Shown piece after piece: positions 54,555 to 63,999 of a DNA stretch of 64,000 nt (within the stretch, counting starts at the first letter, position 1; each line of letters opens with the position of its first letter). The notes below the pieces were generated by a model that made no database searches, was not told where the DNA came from, and saw only the letters and a program-made list of their open reading frames with translations. Both the position numbers and the translations under genes were made by a program. The DNA comes from Acidobacteriota bacterium (lineage in GTDB: Bacteria; Acidobacteriota; Terriglobia; Terriglobales; Acidobacteriaceae), in the NCBI GenBank assembly GCA_003225455.1, contig QIAB01000046.1, positions 9,946 to 73,945 on the forward strand, given 5' to 3'.

Positions 54555-56183
54555 CTAAGGTTGGGGCGGAGTTGGAACCGTGCTGGATGTGCCACCAATT
54601 TTCGTACCGATCACCTCTCCAGATACAACTAACTCAACTCTGCGATTCTGTTGACGACCGGAGGCTGTGGCATTCGAGGCGACGGGCTGAGTCTTGCCGA
54701 ATCCCTGGACAGTGACCGACGCAATCGGGATACGCTGCTGTGCCAAGTAGTCGCGAACCGATGCGGCTCGTTTTTCTGAGAGCTGTTGATTGTAGGCGTC
54801 GCTGCCTACACTGTCGGTGTGTCCATCTACCTCAAGCCGCAGGTCGGGATAAGCGAGCAGGATGCCGGCAACTTTTGCGAGACTCTCGCGGGCAGCAGGT
54901 CGCAAAGCGTATTGATTGGTCTCGAAGAGAACGTCGGGCATGGTCGCGATCAACCCTCGCGCGGTATCACGAGTGACTAAAACGGCATTCAGCTGTTGCA
55001 GTAAACGGGCTCGCATTTCGGCTTTTTCCGATTCAGCCTTCTGTCGTCCGCGCTCGGACTCTTCCGCCTGTGACCGGGCTTTTTCGTTCTCAGCCTGCAG
55101 CGCCTGCTGTTGAGCCAGAGCTGCGGCTTGTGCCGCCTGTGCTTCTTGCTTCTCCTGGGCAGCTTTTTGTGCGGCTAGATCTGATTCTTGTCTGGCGCGC
55201 TCGGCCTCAGCCTTTGCCTGCTCCGCACTAGCACGTTCGGTTTCGGCCTGAACGCGGCGTTGCGCTTGGGCTTCAGCATCTGCCTTAGCCTGTGCTTCGC
55301 GGGCGGCGGCTGCTTCTCTTTCGTTTGCGATTCGCTCCTCCTCTTGGCGCTTGAGCGACATCACTCTGGCTTCTTCTGCAGTCTGGATCGCCTCACGCGC
55401 TACTGTGCCAATCGGCGTCCTGCCTTGCTTCCGGCGGTAGTAGTCCTCTGCCTGCTTCAAGTCCGCTTCCGCTTTTGCAAAACTGCTGGAGGCGTATTGG
55501 TCGGCCTTGGCGGCCCGCGCGATCCTTATCGCGTTTCGCGCTTCAAACAAATCGAGGGGAGCTTTACTGTCGATGCCGTACACAACATCCCGCAACGGCT
55601 CCACCTGGGACGCGTACAGCCCCTTCGGCAACAGCTCGTATTTGACATTAATCGCCTCTTCTCGTCCTTTTGTATCTCGACGGACGATGTTTTCGGCAAC
55701 CACGAGATCACTTGGCTGGGTGACGGCAAAATAGGGCTCAGCGGTCACGATCAGTCCGAAGGCCTGTAAATCCGTGGTGGCGTGCATTTCACTCTTTCCG
55801 TTGTCCAGGACCACCTCTCCCAGATTGTTCGCGCGTCCTTCTGGTGTGATCGCCCACAGGACATAGGTCAGGTACTCGAGCCCAAACTTGTTCGCGGGCT
55901 CCATGCCGCTCAGTTTCGCGTCGATTTCGAGCCGCCCCGTCTTGCTTTCCACCTTCGCCTCGCCTGCTGCTTGCGGCATAAGCTCCGTACCGCGGAGATC
56001 GACTCTTGTCGATCCGCCTCGGTGCCTGTAGTCCACTGCTTTGGTGGTGCGCGAGACCACGTTCGCTCGAAAGACCGGAGTCTTCTCCATCGGCTCCACT
56101 TGGTCCTGCTGAGCGACGCGGACCACGTTGAGGCTCGACAATAGGAGAAGGATAGAGGGGAGGAATATCATTTCGTGGCGCAT
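54555..56183 (-). CDS. OmpA-family protein with DUF4398-like region and long Q/A/E-rich coiled coil
   Basis: ATG 56183 with AGGAGG upstream and a signal peptide. The C-terminal OmpA domain has LEVDGHTDSVGSDAYNQQLSEKRA..NRRVEL. Confidence 0.85.
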   Translation of the reverse strand: MRHEMIFLPSILLLLSSLNVVRVAQQDQVEPMEKTPVFRANVVSRTTKAVDYRHRGGSTRVDLRGTELMPQAAGEAKVESKTGRLEIDAKLSGMEPANKFGLEYLTYVLWAITPEGRANNLGEVVLDNGKSEMHATTDLQAFGLIVTAEPYFAVTQPSDLVVAENIVRRDTKGREEAINVKYELLPKGLYASQVEPLRDVVYGIDSKAPLDLFEARNAIRIARAAKADQYASSSFAKAEADLKQAEDYYRRKQGRTPIGTVAREAIQTAEEARVMSLKRQEEERIANEREAAAAREAQAKADAEAQAQRRVQAETERASAEQAKAEAERARQESDLAAQKAAQEKQEAQAAQAAALAQQQALQAENEKARSQAEESERGRQKAESEKAEMRARLLQQLNAVLVTRDTARGLIATMPDVLFETNQYALRPAARESLAKVAGILLAYPDLRLEVDGHTDSVGSDAYNQQLSEKRAASVRDYLAQQRIPIASVTVQGFGKTQPVASNATASGRQQNRRVELVVSGEVIGTKIGGTSSTVPTPPQP

Positions 56184-56435
56184 AGCTTGAACCTCCTGGT
56201 GCATGAAACCAAATGTCCATCGGAGCGACGTCCCCTGATGAAGAAATCGCTTTCCAGGCTGTGTTAAAAGCACAAGCCGTGCCAACTGATCAAGCCGCTG
56301 AGAAAAGAAGGGATCGGCCAAAAGGATACGCTGCTCCGATGTAATTTCTACCCAGCCAGTTGCTACACTTGATCCGGATATGAATAGTTGAAGGGTACTA
56401 TCGGAAACCGAATTCAGAGCTGGTGAGATCTGGAT

Positions 56436-56711
56436 TCAAGGGGCGGGTGTGTGCAGCGTCACAGAACTTGCCCTTGTAGATGCGTTACCATCCCCCGCGT
56501 GCCTCAAGGTCTGAAGCGATAGTACGGCGCTGGGTATCTGCACTTCATCACCTGCAGTTGTTATCAGCGGCGGGCCTGGCTCGGGACGACGCGGCGCCGC
56601 GATCTTTTCCTGCGACTCTTGGAAGAAACGCGGCAGAAGTATGGCTTTGTAGTGTTGGGATACGTGATCATGCCGGAGCACGTTCACCGGCTCATCAGAG
56701 CGGTAATGCAT
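56436..56711 (-). CDS. Hypothetical protein (doubtful ORF bordering a repeat cluster)
   Basis: 91-aa ORF ..TTAGDEVQIPSAVLSLQTLRH.. with no motif I can assign. Confidence 0.25.
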   Translation of the reverse strand: MHYRSDEPVNVLRHDHVSQHYKAILLPRFFQESQEKIAAPRRPEPGPPLITTAGDEVQIPSAVLSLQTLRHAGDGNASTRASSVTLHTPAP

Positions 56712-56712
56712 A

Positions 56713-57245
56713 GATCCTTCGTTGGGAGTCCTTCGCGGAGCGAAGGACTCCGGTCCTCAGGATGACATCGGTGGTGGTTGCGCCCGATGGGCGCGGGGCG
56801 GCAGGGTGCGTTCGTAGCGGTACGCCTGAAGGCGAACCCTGATACGAATCCTGAGTTTTTCAGCATCCTGGGAAGCGATGCGTTCTTCAACGCGCACGAG
56901 CGAGACGCTCGCGCCTACATCGAAAAAGCGGATTCCTCACCGCTGAAAACGGATTCGGAATGACAATGTGGCTGAAGCCATACCGTGAGACGAATCCTGG
57001 TTTTTCAGCATCCTGGAAAACGATGCGTTCTTCAACGCGCACGAGCGCGGACGCTCGCGCCTACATCGAAAAACGGATTCGGAATGACAAGGTTGGAGGC
57101 CATGCGAGGGCAAGATGCCCTCGCCACAGCCGGCGGGACGCCGGCGCTACAATCTGCCCGGCGTTGTTTGGCTGGACAGCACGAGCGAGGACGCTCGCGC
57201 CTACGCGGGCGAGGTCTCGACTCCGTTCGGGATGACGCTTACAAG
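56713..57245. repeat. Dense cluster of REP-like hairpins including a ~90-nt direct duplication (146-nt period)
   Basis: gagtccttcgc-gga-gcgaaggactc (56726-56750). Direct repeats 56845-56935 and 56991-57080. gcgagggca-aga-tgccctcgc (57104-57124). gccggcg-gga-cgccggc + gctaca (57129-57150). cgagcg-agga-cgctcg + cgcctacg (57183-57206). Confidence 0.85.
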
Positions 57246-57462
57246 GGCAAGTGGCCGGGATTCAAACTGCGGCGTTGACCACGAAGAGTTCTTTATTGCC
57301 CTTCTTTCGTATCGCGGGTTATGATTCGGAGTACATTTCTGCTCCCCCACATCCCTGTAATCAGCTCAGAGCAGTTCGCTGGGGCAATGAGTGTGCGCCG
57401 TCGCCTGTCCGGGGCGGGAACGTGGAAACGGTTGCGTTATTTATGTCTTGCGGAGTTGGCGT

Positions 57463-58809
57463 TTGAAGAAGGCAAGAACTGCGGTCATCGTCGGCGCCCA
57501 ATGGGGAGACGAAGGCAAGGGTAAGATCGTCGATGTCCTGTCGGAGAATTTCTCCGTAGTGGCTCGCTATGCCGGCGGACACAATGCCGGCCATACCGTC
57601 ATCATCAATGGCAAGAAATTCATCTTGCAATTGGTTCCCTGTGGCGTGTTGCGTGCCGGCTGCCGCAGCGTGATCGGGAACGGCGTCGTACTCGATCCCA
57701 TAGCATTTCTCAAGGAAGTTGCCGCATTGCGGGCTAACGGCGTGCAGGTGGATGGCAGCCTATTCGTCAGCAATCGGGCTCATGTGATTCTGCCCTACCA
57801 CCGCATGATCGAGTTGGCCTCAGAGAATGCTCCCGGGCGGGTGAAGATTGGAACGACTTCGCGTGGGATTGGCCCCGCCTACGAAGACAAGATGGGCCGG
57901 CGCGGGCTACGGGTTGCCGATCTGCTTGATCTCAAGCTGTTGAAGATTCACATCGAAAACGCCTGCCGCGAAAAGAACATGATCGCGCATGCGCTCTTCA
58001 ACTCTGAGCCGCTCGATCCCGACAAGATGTATCAGGAGTATGCGGAAGCCTCGGCAAAGATTGCTCCCTTTGTCTGCGACACGGCTGCGCTGCTGAACCG
58101 GGCGCTGGCTGAGGGTGAATCAATCGCCTTCGAGGGCGCGCAAGGAACGATGTTAGACATTGACCACGGTACCTATCCGTTCGTGACTTCTTCGAGCGCA
58201 ACGTCTGGGGGTGCTGTGACCGGAACCGGCGTTGCGCCTACCGCGATTGATACCGTAATTGGCGTAACCAAAGCTTATTGCACGCGGGTTGGCGGCGGTC
58301 CATTTCCCAGTGAAATTCTTGACGCTATTGGTGATTTGCTGCGCGCGCGCGGCAATGAATACGGCGCTGTCACGGGACGTCCCCGGCGCACTGGCTGGAT
58401 CGATCTGCCGTTGTTGCGCTACGCGGTCGCCATCAACGGAATTTCATGGCTGGTTGTCACCAAGCTCGATGTGCTCGATGAGATGGCGGAAATTCCGGTC
58501 TGCGTGAGCTACAAAATCGATGGCAAGACAACCGATGATATTCCTGCCCACGCCAGCGGCTATGATCGCATTGAATGCGTTTACCATCGGGTTCCGGGAT
58601 GGCAAACTTCTACCCAGGGAATCACGCAAATGGGCAAGTTGCCGAAAGCTGCGCGCGAGTATCTCGCGTTTTTGGAGAAAGAGAGTGGCGCCCGAATTGG
58701 AATGGTCTCCACCGGTCCGGATCGCGACCAAACGATTTTTGTGGATGAATTCGTGGCAGAATTGCGGACGTTAACCGGCCAAAAAGGCCGGGCGTTGGCG
58801 GAGCATTAG
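57463..58809 (+). CDS. purA: Adenylosuccinate synthase
   Basis: VIVGAQWGDEGKGKIVD P-loop. Start placed at TTG 57463 (GGAG 7 nt upstream), because the ORF-track start 57391 adds implausible residues. Confidence 0.9.
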   Translation: MKKARTAVIVGAQWGDEGKGKIVDVLSENFSVVARYAGGHNAGHTVIINGKKFILQLVPCGVLRAGCRSVIGNGVVLDPIAFLKEVAALRANGVQVDGSLFVSNRAHVILPYHRMIELASENAPGRVKIGTTSRGIGPAYEDKMGRRGLRVADLLDLKLLKIHIENACREKNMIAHALFNSEPLDPDKMYQEYAEASAKIAPFVCDTAALLNRALAEGESIAFEGAQGTMLDIDHGTYPFVTSSSATSGGAVTGTGVAPTAIDTVIGVTKAYCTRVGGGPFPSEILDAIGDLLRARGNEYGAVTGRPRRTGWIDLPLLRYAVAINGISWLVVTKLDVLDEMAEIPVCVSYKIDGKTTDDIPAHASGYDRIECVYHRVPGWQTSTQGITQMGKLPKAAREYLAFLEKESGARIGMVSTGPDRDQTIFVDEFVAELRTLTGQKGRALAEH

Positions 58810-58823
58810 GAACGGGAGCAACT

Positions 58824-59111
58824 ATGGTCGTGCTGGCAGTCACGTGGATAGCAAAAAATGGCCGTGAATCTGAAGTCGCGGCCCTATTTGCAAGACTCAC
58901 CGAGGAGTCGCGCAAAGAACCGGGCTGCGCGATGTACCAGGTTCACCGCCACAAGACCGAGCCACGCCGTTTCTTCATCTACGAGCAATACAGAGATGAT
59001 GCCGCACTGGAGGCGCACCGCGCTGCGCCGCACTTTCTGCAATACGCGAGGAAGGAATTGCCCAAACTGGCCGAGCGCGTGGAAGGCCAGCTTTACGAGC
59101 CGCTAGGCTAG
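58824..59111 (+). CDS. Antibiotic biosynthesis monooxygenase (ABM) domain protein / putative quinol monooxygenase
   Basis: 95 aa, ferredoxin-like ABM pattern ..CAMYQVHRHKTEPRRFFIYEQYRDDAALEAHRAAPHF. Confidence 0.75.
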   Translation: MVVLAVTWIAKNGRESEVAALFARLTEESRKEPGCAMYQVHRHKTEPRRFFIYEQYRDDAALEAHRAAPHFLQYARKELPKLAERVEGQLYEPLG

Positions 59112-59123
59112 CGGCCCGCGAAC

Positions 59124-59315
59124 TCATTTGCCCTTGTCAGCCATCAGCACGCCGCCGGAAGCATAACTTTCTTTCGATACTTCGTTGAAAGTAACTACGA
59201 TTGCCTCGCGGCGAGCCCCGGCCTCTTCCACCATCGCGTCAGTGATGCGCTGCGCCAGCTTGCGTTTTTGCTCGGCAGTGCGCCCGGTCAGCATGGTTAC
59301 TTGGACGATTGGCAT
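59124..59315 (-). CDS. 4-oxalocrotonate tautomerase family protein
   Basis: 63 aa, MPIVQVTMLTGRT with catalytic Pro1. Confidence 0.85.
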   Translation of the reverse strand: MPIVQVTMLTGRTAEQKRKLAQRITDAMVEEAGARREAIVVTFNEVSKESYASGGVLMADKGK

Positions 59316-59327
59316 GGATTTCGGTTC

Positions 59328-59753
59328 TCAGGCGGCTAATTCGTATCCCGCGAAGAAAAAGCTCAACTCGAAGCGGGCGGTGTCCTCCGCATCGGAGCCG
59401 TGAATTGCGTTGTGCTCGATGCTGCTGGCCCACTTCTTGCGAATCGTGCCTTCCTCGGCGTTCGCCGGATTGGTCGCGCCCATCAGCTTGCGTAAATCAG
59501 CAATCGCATTCTCTTTCTCCAGGGCCAGCACCACAATAGGCCCGCTCGACATGAAGTCCGTAAGCGAATGAAAGAAAGATCTGCTGGCGTGGACAGCATA
59601 GAACTGCTCCGCTTGATGCTTGGAAATTTCCAGCATCTTCATCGAGAGAATACGAAATCCATTCTTCTCGAATTGCTCAATGATGTCGCCGATTGCGTTC
59701 TTGCGGACGGCATCGGGCTTAACGATGGTCAGAGTGCGTTGCAGGGTCTTCAT
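59328..59753 (-). CDS. ndk: Nucleoside-diphosphate kinase
   Basis: [11 protein letters not shown] and NAIHGSD active-site His. ATG 59753. Confidence 0.92.
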   Translation of the reverse strand: MKTLQRTLTIVKPDAVRKNAIGDIIEQFEKNGFRILSMKMLEISKHQAEQFYAVHASRSFFHSLTDFMSSGPIVVLALEKENAIADLRKLMGATNPANAEEGTIRKKWASSIEHNAIHGSDAEDTARFELSFFFAGYELAA

Positions 59754-59789
59754 GTGCAATTAGTCCTGGGGCTCGAAACCCGGTGAGAA

Positions 59790-60057
59790 GCAGATTCCTC
59801 GCGGCAATAGCGGCCGCTCGGGATAGCAAACGGGGAAAACTTATCGGCACGACAGTCGTGCCCTTTCACAACCGCTCTGAAGAGGCTATTACGAAACCTG
59901 TGTCGTCGGCTAACAGCCGACTCTGATTTCCCCGTTTCGCTTTCCCGGCACTCACGAGTGAGTGAGAACTATTCTTTCGCCCCTACAGGGCTTGCTCATT
60001 TTCCACTTCACCCAGGGCTTGCGCCCTGGGCTGCATTCTGTCGCCGCTTCGCGGCTG
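59790..60057. repeat. Cluster of short palindromic repeats, including a ~110-nt unit closed by an 11-bp inverted repeat
   Basis: aaacggggaaa (59828-38) pairs with tttccccgttt (59927-37), enclosing ggcacgac..gtcgtgcc and gtcggct-aac-agccgac. Also cccagggc-ttgc-gccctggg (60011-30) and gccgc-ttc-gcggc (60043-55). Confidence 0.8.
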
Positions 60058-60081
60058 GAGAGCTGGTGATCGAACCGGTTC

Positions 60082-60931
60082 TCACACCTTAACACCCAAA
60101 GCTGCATTCACTGTTTCGCCAATGACCGCGGGAGACTTTGCCACACGAATGCCAGCGTCTTCCATTGCCTTGATTTTTTCTGCTGCCGTGCCTTTGCCGC
60201 CGGAGATAATTGCCCCCGCGTGCCCCATACGCCGCCCCGGAGGCGCAGTCTGTCCCGCAATGAAACCGATCACAGGCTTTTTCATGTGTATTTTTACGTA
60301 CTCCGACGCAGTTTCTTCTGCGTTCCCGCCGATCTCGCCGATCATCACCACGGCTTCTGTCCTCGGATCGCGATTGAACAACTCCAATGCGTCCACGAAA
60401 TGCGTGCCGATAATCGGATCGCCGCCGATGCCTATTGCGGTCGACTGACCAATATTCCGCTGCGTAAGCTGATACACCGCTTCGTAAGTAAGCGTGCCAG
60501 AGCGAGAAACAATCCCAACCGGCCCTTGCTTGTGAATGCGCGCGGGCATGATTCCAATCTTGCAATGGCCCGGCGAAATAATCCCTGGACAATTTGGTCC
60601 AATCAACCTGGCGCGGCGATTCTGCAAGAACTCCCATGCCCGAACCATGTCAAGCGTCGGAATCCCTTCTGTGATGCAGACAATCAGTTCAACCTCTGCA
60701 TCGGCGGCTTCCATGATGGCGTCCGCTGCATAAGGTGGAGGTACGAAGATCAGCGAGCAATCGGCGCCAGTTCTATCCACCGTTTCCTGGACGCTGTTGA
60801 AGACCGGCCAGCCTTCATGTGTGGTTCCTCCCTTGCCCGGGGTCACGCCGCCGACGATTTGTGTTCCGTACTCCGCGCAGGCTTTGGCGTGGAATGTGCC
60901 CTCGCGTTGACTTGTCTACAAGAATGCTCAT
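60082..60931 (-). pseudogene. sucD: Succinyl-CoA ligase alpha subunit, 5' region deleted and frameshifted
   Basis: ATG 60931 encodes [10 protein letters not shown]. The main frame resumes at ..[27 protein letters not shown]. The expected VLVQGITG(R) CoA-binding loop is absent and the frames differ. Confidence 0.8.
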
Positions 60932-60942
60932 TTCTTCTTTCG

Positions 60943-60997
60943 TAGCGCCGGCATCTTGCCGGCGGTTCTGAGGGCGTCCTCGCCCTCAGCGGCGCTA
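60943..60997. repeat. REP-like element between sucC and sucD
   Basis: gccggca-tct-tgccggc, then ctgagggcg-tcct-cgccctcag. It overlaps the sucC stop codon. On the minus strand the loop reads agga and the tail gctacg. Confidence 0.85.
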
Positions 60998-62167
60998 TGA
61001 TTTCGCCGCTGCCACCACCTTCTCCGCCGCATCTTTCATCGTTTCTGCCACAATGAAGTTCAATCCCGACTGCTGCAGAATCTCCCGTCCTTGCTCAACG
61101 TTCGTTCCCTCGAGCCGCAGCACGATCGGTAACTGAATATGTGTTTTCTGCGCTGCCTCGACCACGCCCGTCGCTAATGTGTCCACACGCAAAATTCCAC
61201 CGAAGATATTAATCAGCACTGCCTTCACGCTCTTATCGCTGAGCAAAATCTCAAAGGCGTGCGTCACTTGCTCTGCATTCGCGCCGCCGCCAACATCCAG
61301 AAAATTCGCCGGCATGCCGCCTGCGTATTTGATGATGTCCATCGTCGCCATCGCCAGCCCAGCGCCGTTTACCATGCAACCGACGTTTCCATCCAGCTTG
61401 ATGTAGTTCAGGCTGTGCTTCGACGCCTCCACCTCCAGTGGATCCTCTTCTGTGAAATCACGTAACTCGCGCAGATCGGGATGGCGGAACATGGCATTGT
61501 CATCAAAGTTGATTTTGGCGTCGAGCGCGAACAGCCGGCCGTCGGTGCAAGAGATGAATGGATTGATTTCCATCAGCGAGGAATCCGTCTCCTGAAATGC
61601 GCGATACAGTCCGGTCATAAAGCGTACGGCTTCATTGATTTGCTGCGGTTTCAACCCAAGCGCGAATGCCAGCTTGCGCGCCTGGAAAGCTTCGAGGCCC
61701 ATGCCCGGATCGATGTACTCTTTCAAAATCGCAGCCGGATTCTCGGCTGCAACCTGCTCGATCTCGACTCCGCCGGAAGCCGACGCCATAAACACCGGCC
61801 GCGCTTCGGCGCGATCAATCACGATTCCAAGATAAAGTTCCTTCTCAATCGGCAAAGTTTCTTCAATCAAGAGCCGCTGAACGATGCGCCCTTCAGGCCC
61901 GGTTTGGTGCGTAACCAGCTTCATGCCCAACATTCGTGCCGCAATCTCACCTACTTCATCCACCGACTTTGCGATCTTTACCCCGCCGCCTTTGCCGCGT
62001 CCGCCGGCGTGAATCTGAGCCTTGACGACGGCTCCGGTAGCTCCAGTTCCAAACAGGTTCTTGGCAGCGGCTTCGGCTTCTTCCCGCGATTCCGCCATTT
62101 CCCCACGCGGCACTGTCACCCCATACTTCTTCAGGATGCCCTTGGCCTGGTATTCATGGATTTTCAT
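60995..62167 (-). CDS. sucC: Succinyl-CoA ligase (ADP-forming) beta subunit
   Basis: [17 protein letters not shown].. ATP-grasp, 390 aa. Confidence 0.93.
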   Translation of the reverse strand: MKIHEYQAKGILKKYGVTVPRGEMAESREEAEAAAKNLFGTGATGAVVKAQIHAGGRGKGGGVKIAKSVDEVGEIAARMLGMKLVTHQTGPEGRIVQRLLIEETLPIEKELYLGIVIDRAEARPVFMASASGGVEIEQVAAENPAAILKEYIDPGMGLEAFQARKLAFALGLKPQQINEAVRFMTGLYRAFQETDSSLMEINPFISCTDGRLFALDAKINFDDNAMFRHPDLRELRDFTEEDPLEVEASKHSLNYIKLDGNVGCMVNGAGLAMATMDIIKYAGGMPANFLDVGGGANAEQVTHAFEILLSDKSVKAVLINIFGGILRVDTLATGVVEAAQKTHIQLPIVLRLEGTNVEQGREILQQSGLNFIVAETMKDAAEKVVAAAKS

Positions 62168-62453
62168 AGTGATTCCTGATTATGTTTTATCGGCAGGAAA
62201 TTGCTTGCGGCTTAGCGCTGCGAGCAGCAAAGTCTAGATTTTATAGAAGGCTAGCGTGATTCGGCAAACACGGAATGCGCCTCAAATTGCGGCAAGCTCC
62301 TCTAATATGCAAAGAGTTGCGTAATTGCATTGACTCGCCTCTCGTAAACCCAAATCAGCCATGCAACTTTTGGCAGCGTGCGTGCTTATTGTGAACGTGG
62401 AATATGCATGGGAGGAACAATCCCTCGGTCCTCCGGATACGGAGATCAGCGCG

Positions 62454-62768
62454 ATGAAGACCACATTGTTTGTCCTGTGTTTGCTATGCGCCACCGGCGC
62501 GTTTGCCCAAGGTGGGCTGCAGGGATCAGTCCTGAGCAGTGAACCGTCCGTATTCCGGACGCCGTCGCATGTCGAGCATGCATCTCAGCAGACTATGACG
62601 CAAGGTCAGAGCCTGCTCGAAGCTTCTGGCTCCTCGTATGCCCACGGGGAAAGGCCGCTGTGGGAGTTTGCGCCGCAAACCACGCCCGCTCCTCTTGGCG
62701 ATTCAGCACGCGCGCTGCGCAGACAGCACGCTGAGGCGAAGAAAGCCGCGATCGTTTGGAACAATTAG
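62454..62768 (+). CDS. Hypothetical secreted protein
   Basis: ATG 62454 (GGAG upstream) gives signal peptide MKTTLFVLCLLCATGAFAQ. Confidence 0.5.
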   Translation: MKTTLFVLCLLCATGAFAQGGLQGSVLSSEPSVFRTPSHVEHASQQTMTQGQSLLEASGSSYAHGERPLWEFAPQTTPAPLGDSARALRRQHAEAKKAAIVWNN

Positions 62769-62824
62769 TCCGGACGGCGACGCCGCTTCGACGGCTTGAT
62801 GTACTTTACCTGAATCAGCCTTTT

Positions 62825-63148
62825 TCAGCCGACGTGCACAAGCTCACCGCGCTGGATAGAACCAATCACTTTAAGAATTTCTCGAGCGTGAGGCTGCAAA
62901 TCAGCTAGTCGGCTTGATCTCGCGCGAATCACTACCACCGCGACTCCAAGCTGCGTAAGATTTTGTTCGTACTCAATTCCGCGATCGAGAGTCAGGAACG
63001 CATCAAAACCGGTTTTCTGGGCGAAAAGCAAGAGTTCTCCATTCTTTTTGCCCGCTAAACCCGCCTCAGGCACTGTGACACAATCGTGCCCCTGTAGATG
63101 ATCCTTGAATTTTCGGGGAATACACTCGTCCAACAGCAGTTTCATCAC
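62825..63148 (-). CDS. DUF5615-like (PIN-like / Mut7-C-like) putative toxin
   Basis: 107 aa, MKLLLDECIP.. The start overlaps the upstream gene by 4 nt. Confidence 0.6.
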   Translation of the reverse strand: MMKLLLDECIPRKFKDHLQGHDCVTVPEAGLAGKKNGELLLFAQKTGFDAFLTLDRGIEYEQNLTQLGVAVVVIRARSSRLADLQPHAREILKVIGSIQRGELVHVG

Positions 63149-63360
63149 AACTGGTTGACGACAAGCGATTTCGCGTGTTCAAGTGCATGGACCGCGGCCT
63201 CGCGGGTTACGGTGGGAAAATCGTCCAGAAACTCGTCCAGAGTTTGTCCACCTTCAAGGTAATCCAAAAGAGCCTGGAACGGAACACGGGTCCCGCGGAA
63301 AACAGGCGTGCCCCCGAGCACCTCGGGGTTTCTCGTGATCACACTTTCAGGCGAACCCAT
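63145..63360 (-). CDS. DUF433 domain protein (putative antitoxin partner)
   Basis: ATG 63360 with AAGGAG 9 nt upstream. ITRNPEVLGGTPVFRGTRVPFQALLDYL is the DUF433 core. Confidence 0.65.
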   Translation of the reverse strand: MGSPESVITRNPEVLGGTPVFRGTRVPFQALLDYLEGGQTLDEFLDDFPTVTREAAVHALEHAKSLVVNQL

Positions 63361-63444
63361 GAAAACTGGCTCCTTCAACACTTGCAAGTTTACTCCGTGG
63401 GTCAGATGAAAACCAAACCTAAGGCGCTAAACTGAAGTCTCGAT

Positions 63445-63999
63445 ATGACGGTGGTCATCTCCATGCTCCGTGGCATCAATGTTGGGAGCCACAACCGGAT
63501 TACGATGGATGCGCTCAGTGCGTTGTATAGGTCGCTGGAATTGCGAGAACCAGAAACCTATGTGCAGAGTGGCAATGTCGTTTTTACGACTGGAGAGCGG
63601 AACCTCGTCAAGCTCGGAAAAGTCATCGAGACCGGGATTGAGCGCAGGTTCGGTTTTCGCCCCCAAGTCATTCTTCGCACCACTTCTGATCTGAGAGACG
63701 TAGTTGCCAGAAATCCATTTGCGAAACGGCGTGACATTGAGTCTGGCAAACTGCTCGTCACCTTTCTGGCTACCGATCCCGGCCCCGAAACTTGTGACCA
63801 GATTCTTAGGATCAAGCCCGATCCCGAGGAAGTGCGGCTCCATGGCCGCGAACTCTACATCTATTTTCCCAATGGCATGGGGCGCTCGAAATTGCCAGCA
63901 TTGCTGGAGAAAATACTGAAAAAATCCGGCACGGCCAGAAATTGGAACACAGTCAGCAAGCTGCTCGAGATTGCGGAAAGGCTGGAAAGCTCCGACTGA
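63445..63999 (+). CDS. DUF1697 domain protein
   Basis: 184 aa, MTVVISMLRGINVGSHNRITMDAL..YVQSGNVVF. Confidence 0.75.
   Translation: MTVVISMLRGINVGSHNRITMDALSALYRSLELREPETYVQSGNVVFTTGERNLVKLGKVIETGIERRFGFRPQVILRTTSDLRDVVARNPFAKRRDIESGKLLVTFLATDPGPETCDQILRIKPDPEEVRLHGRELYIYFPNGMGRSKLPALLEKILKKSGTARNWNTVSKLLEIAERLESSD

Noticed and set aside
56436-56711. An ORF next to the repeat cluster as a candidate REP-associated tyrosine transposase (RAYT).
   Set aside because: At 91 aa it is too short, and it has no HUH or catalytic Tyr motif that I can see. It is kept only as a doubtful hypothetical.
57391-57462. The upstream extension of purA (MCAVACPGRERGNGCVIYVLRSWR).
   Set aside because: It is not PurA-like. 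Canonical PurA begins a few residues before the GAQWGDEGKGK motif, and TTG 57463 has a GGAG at suitable spacing.
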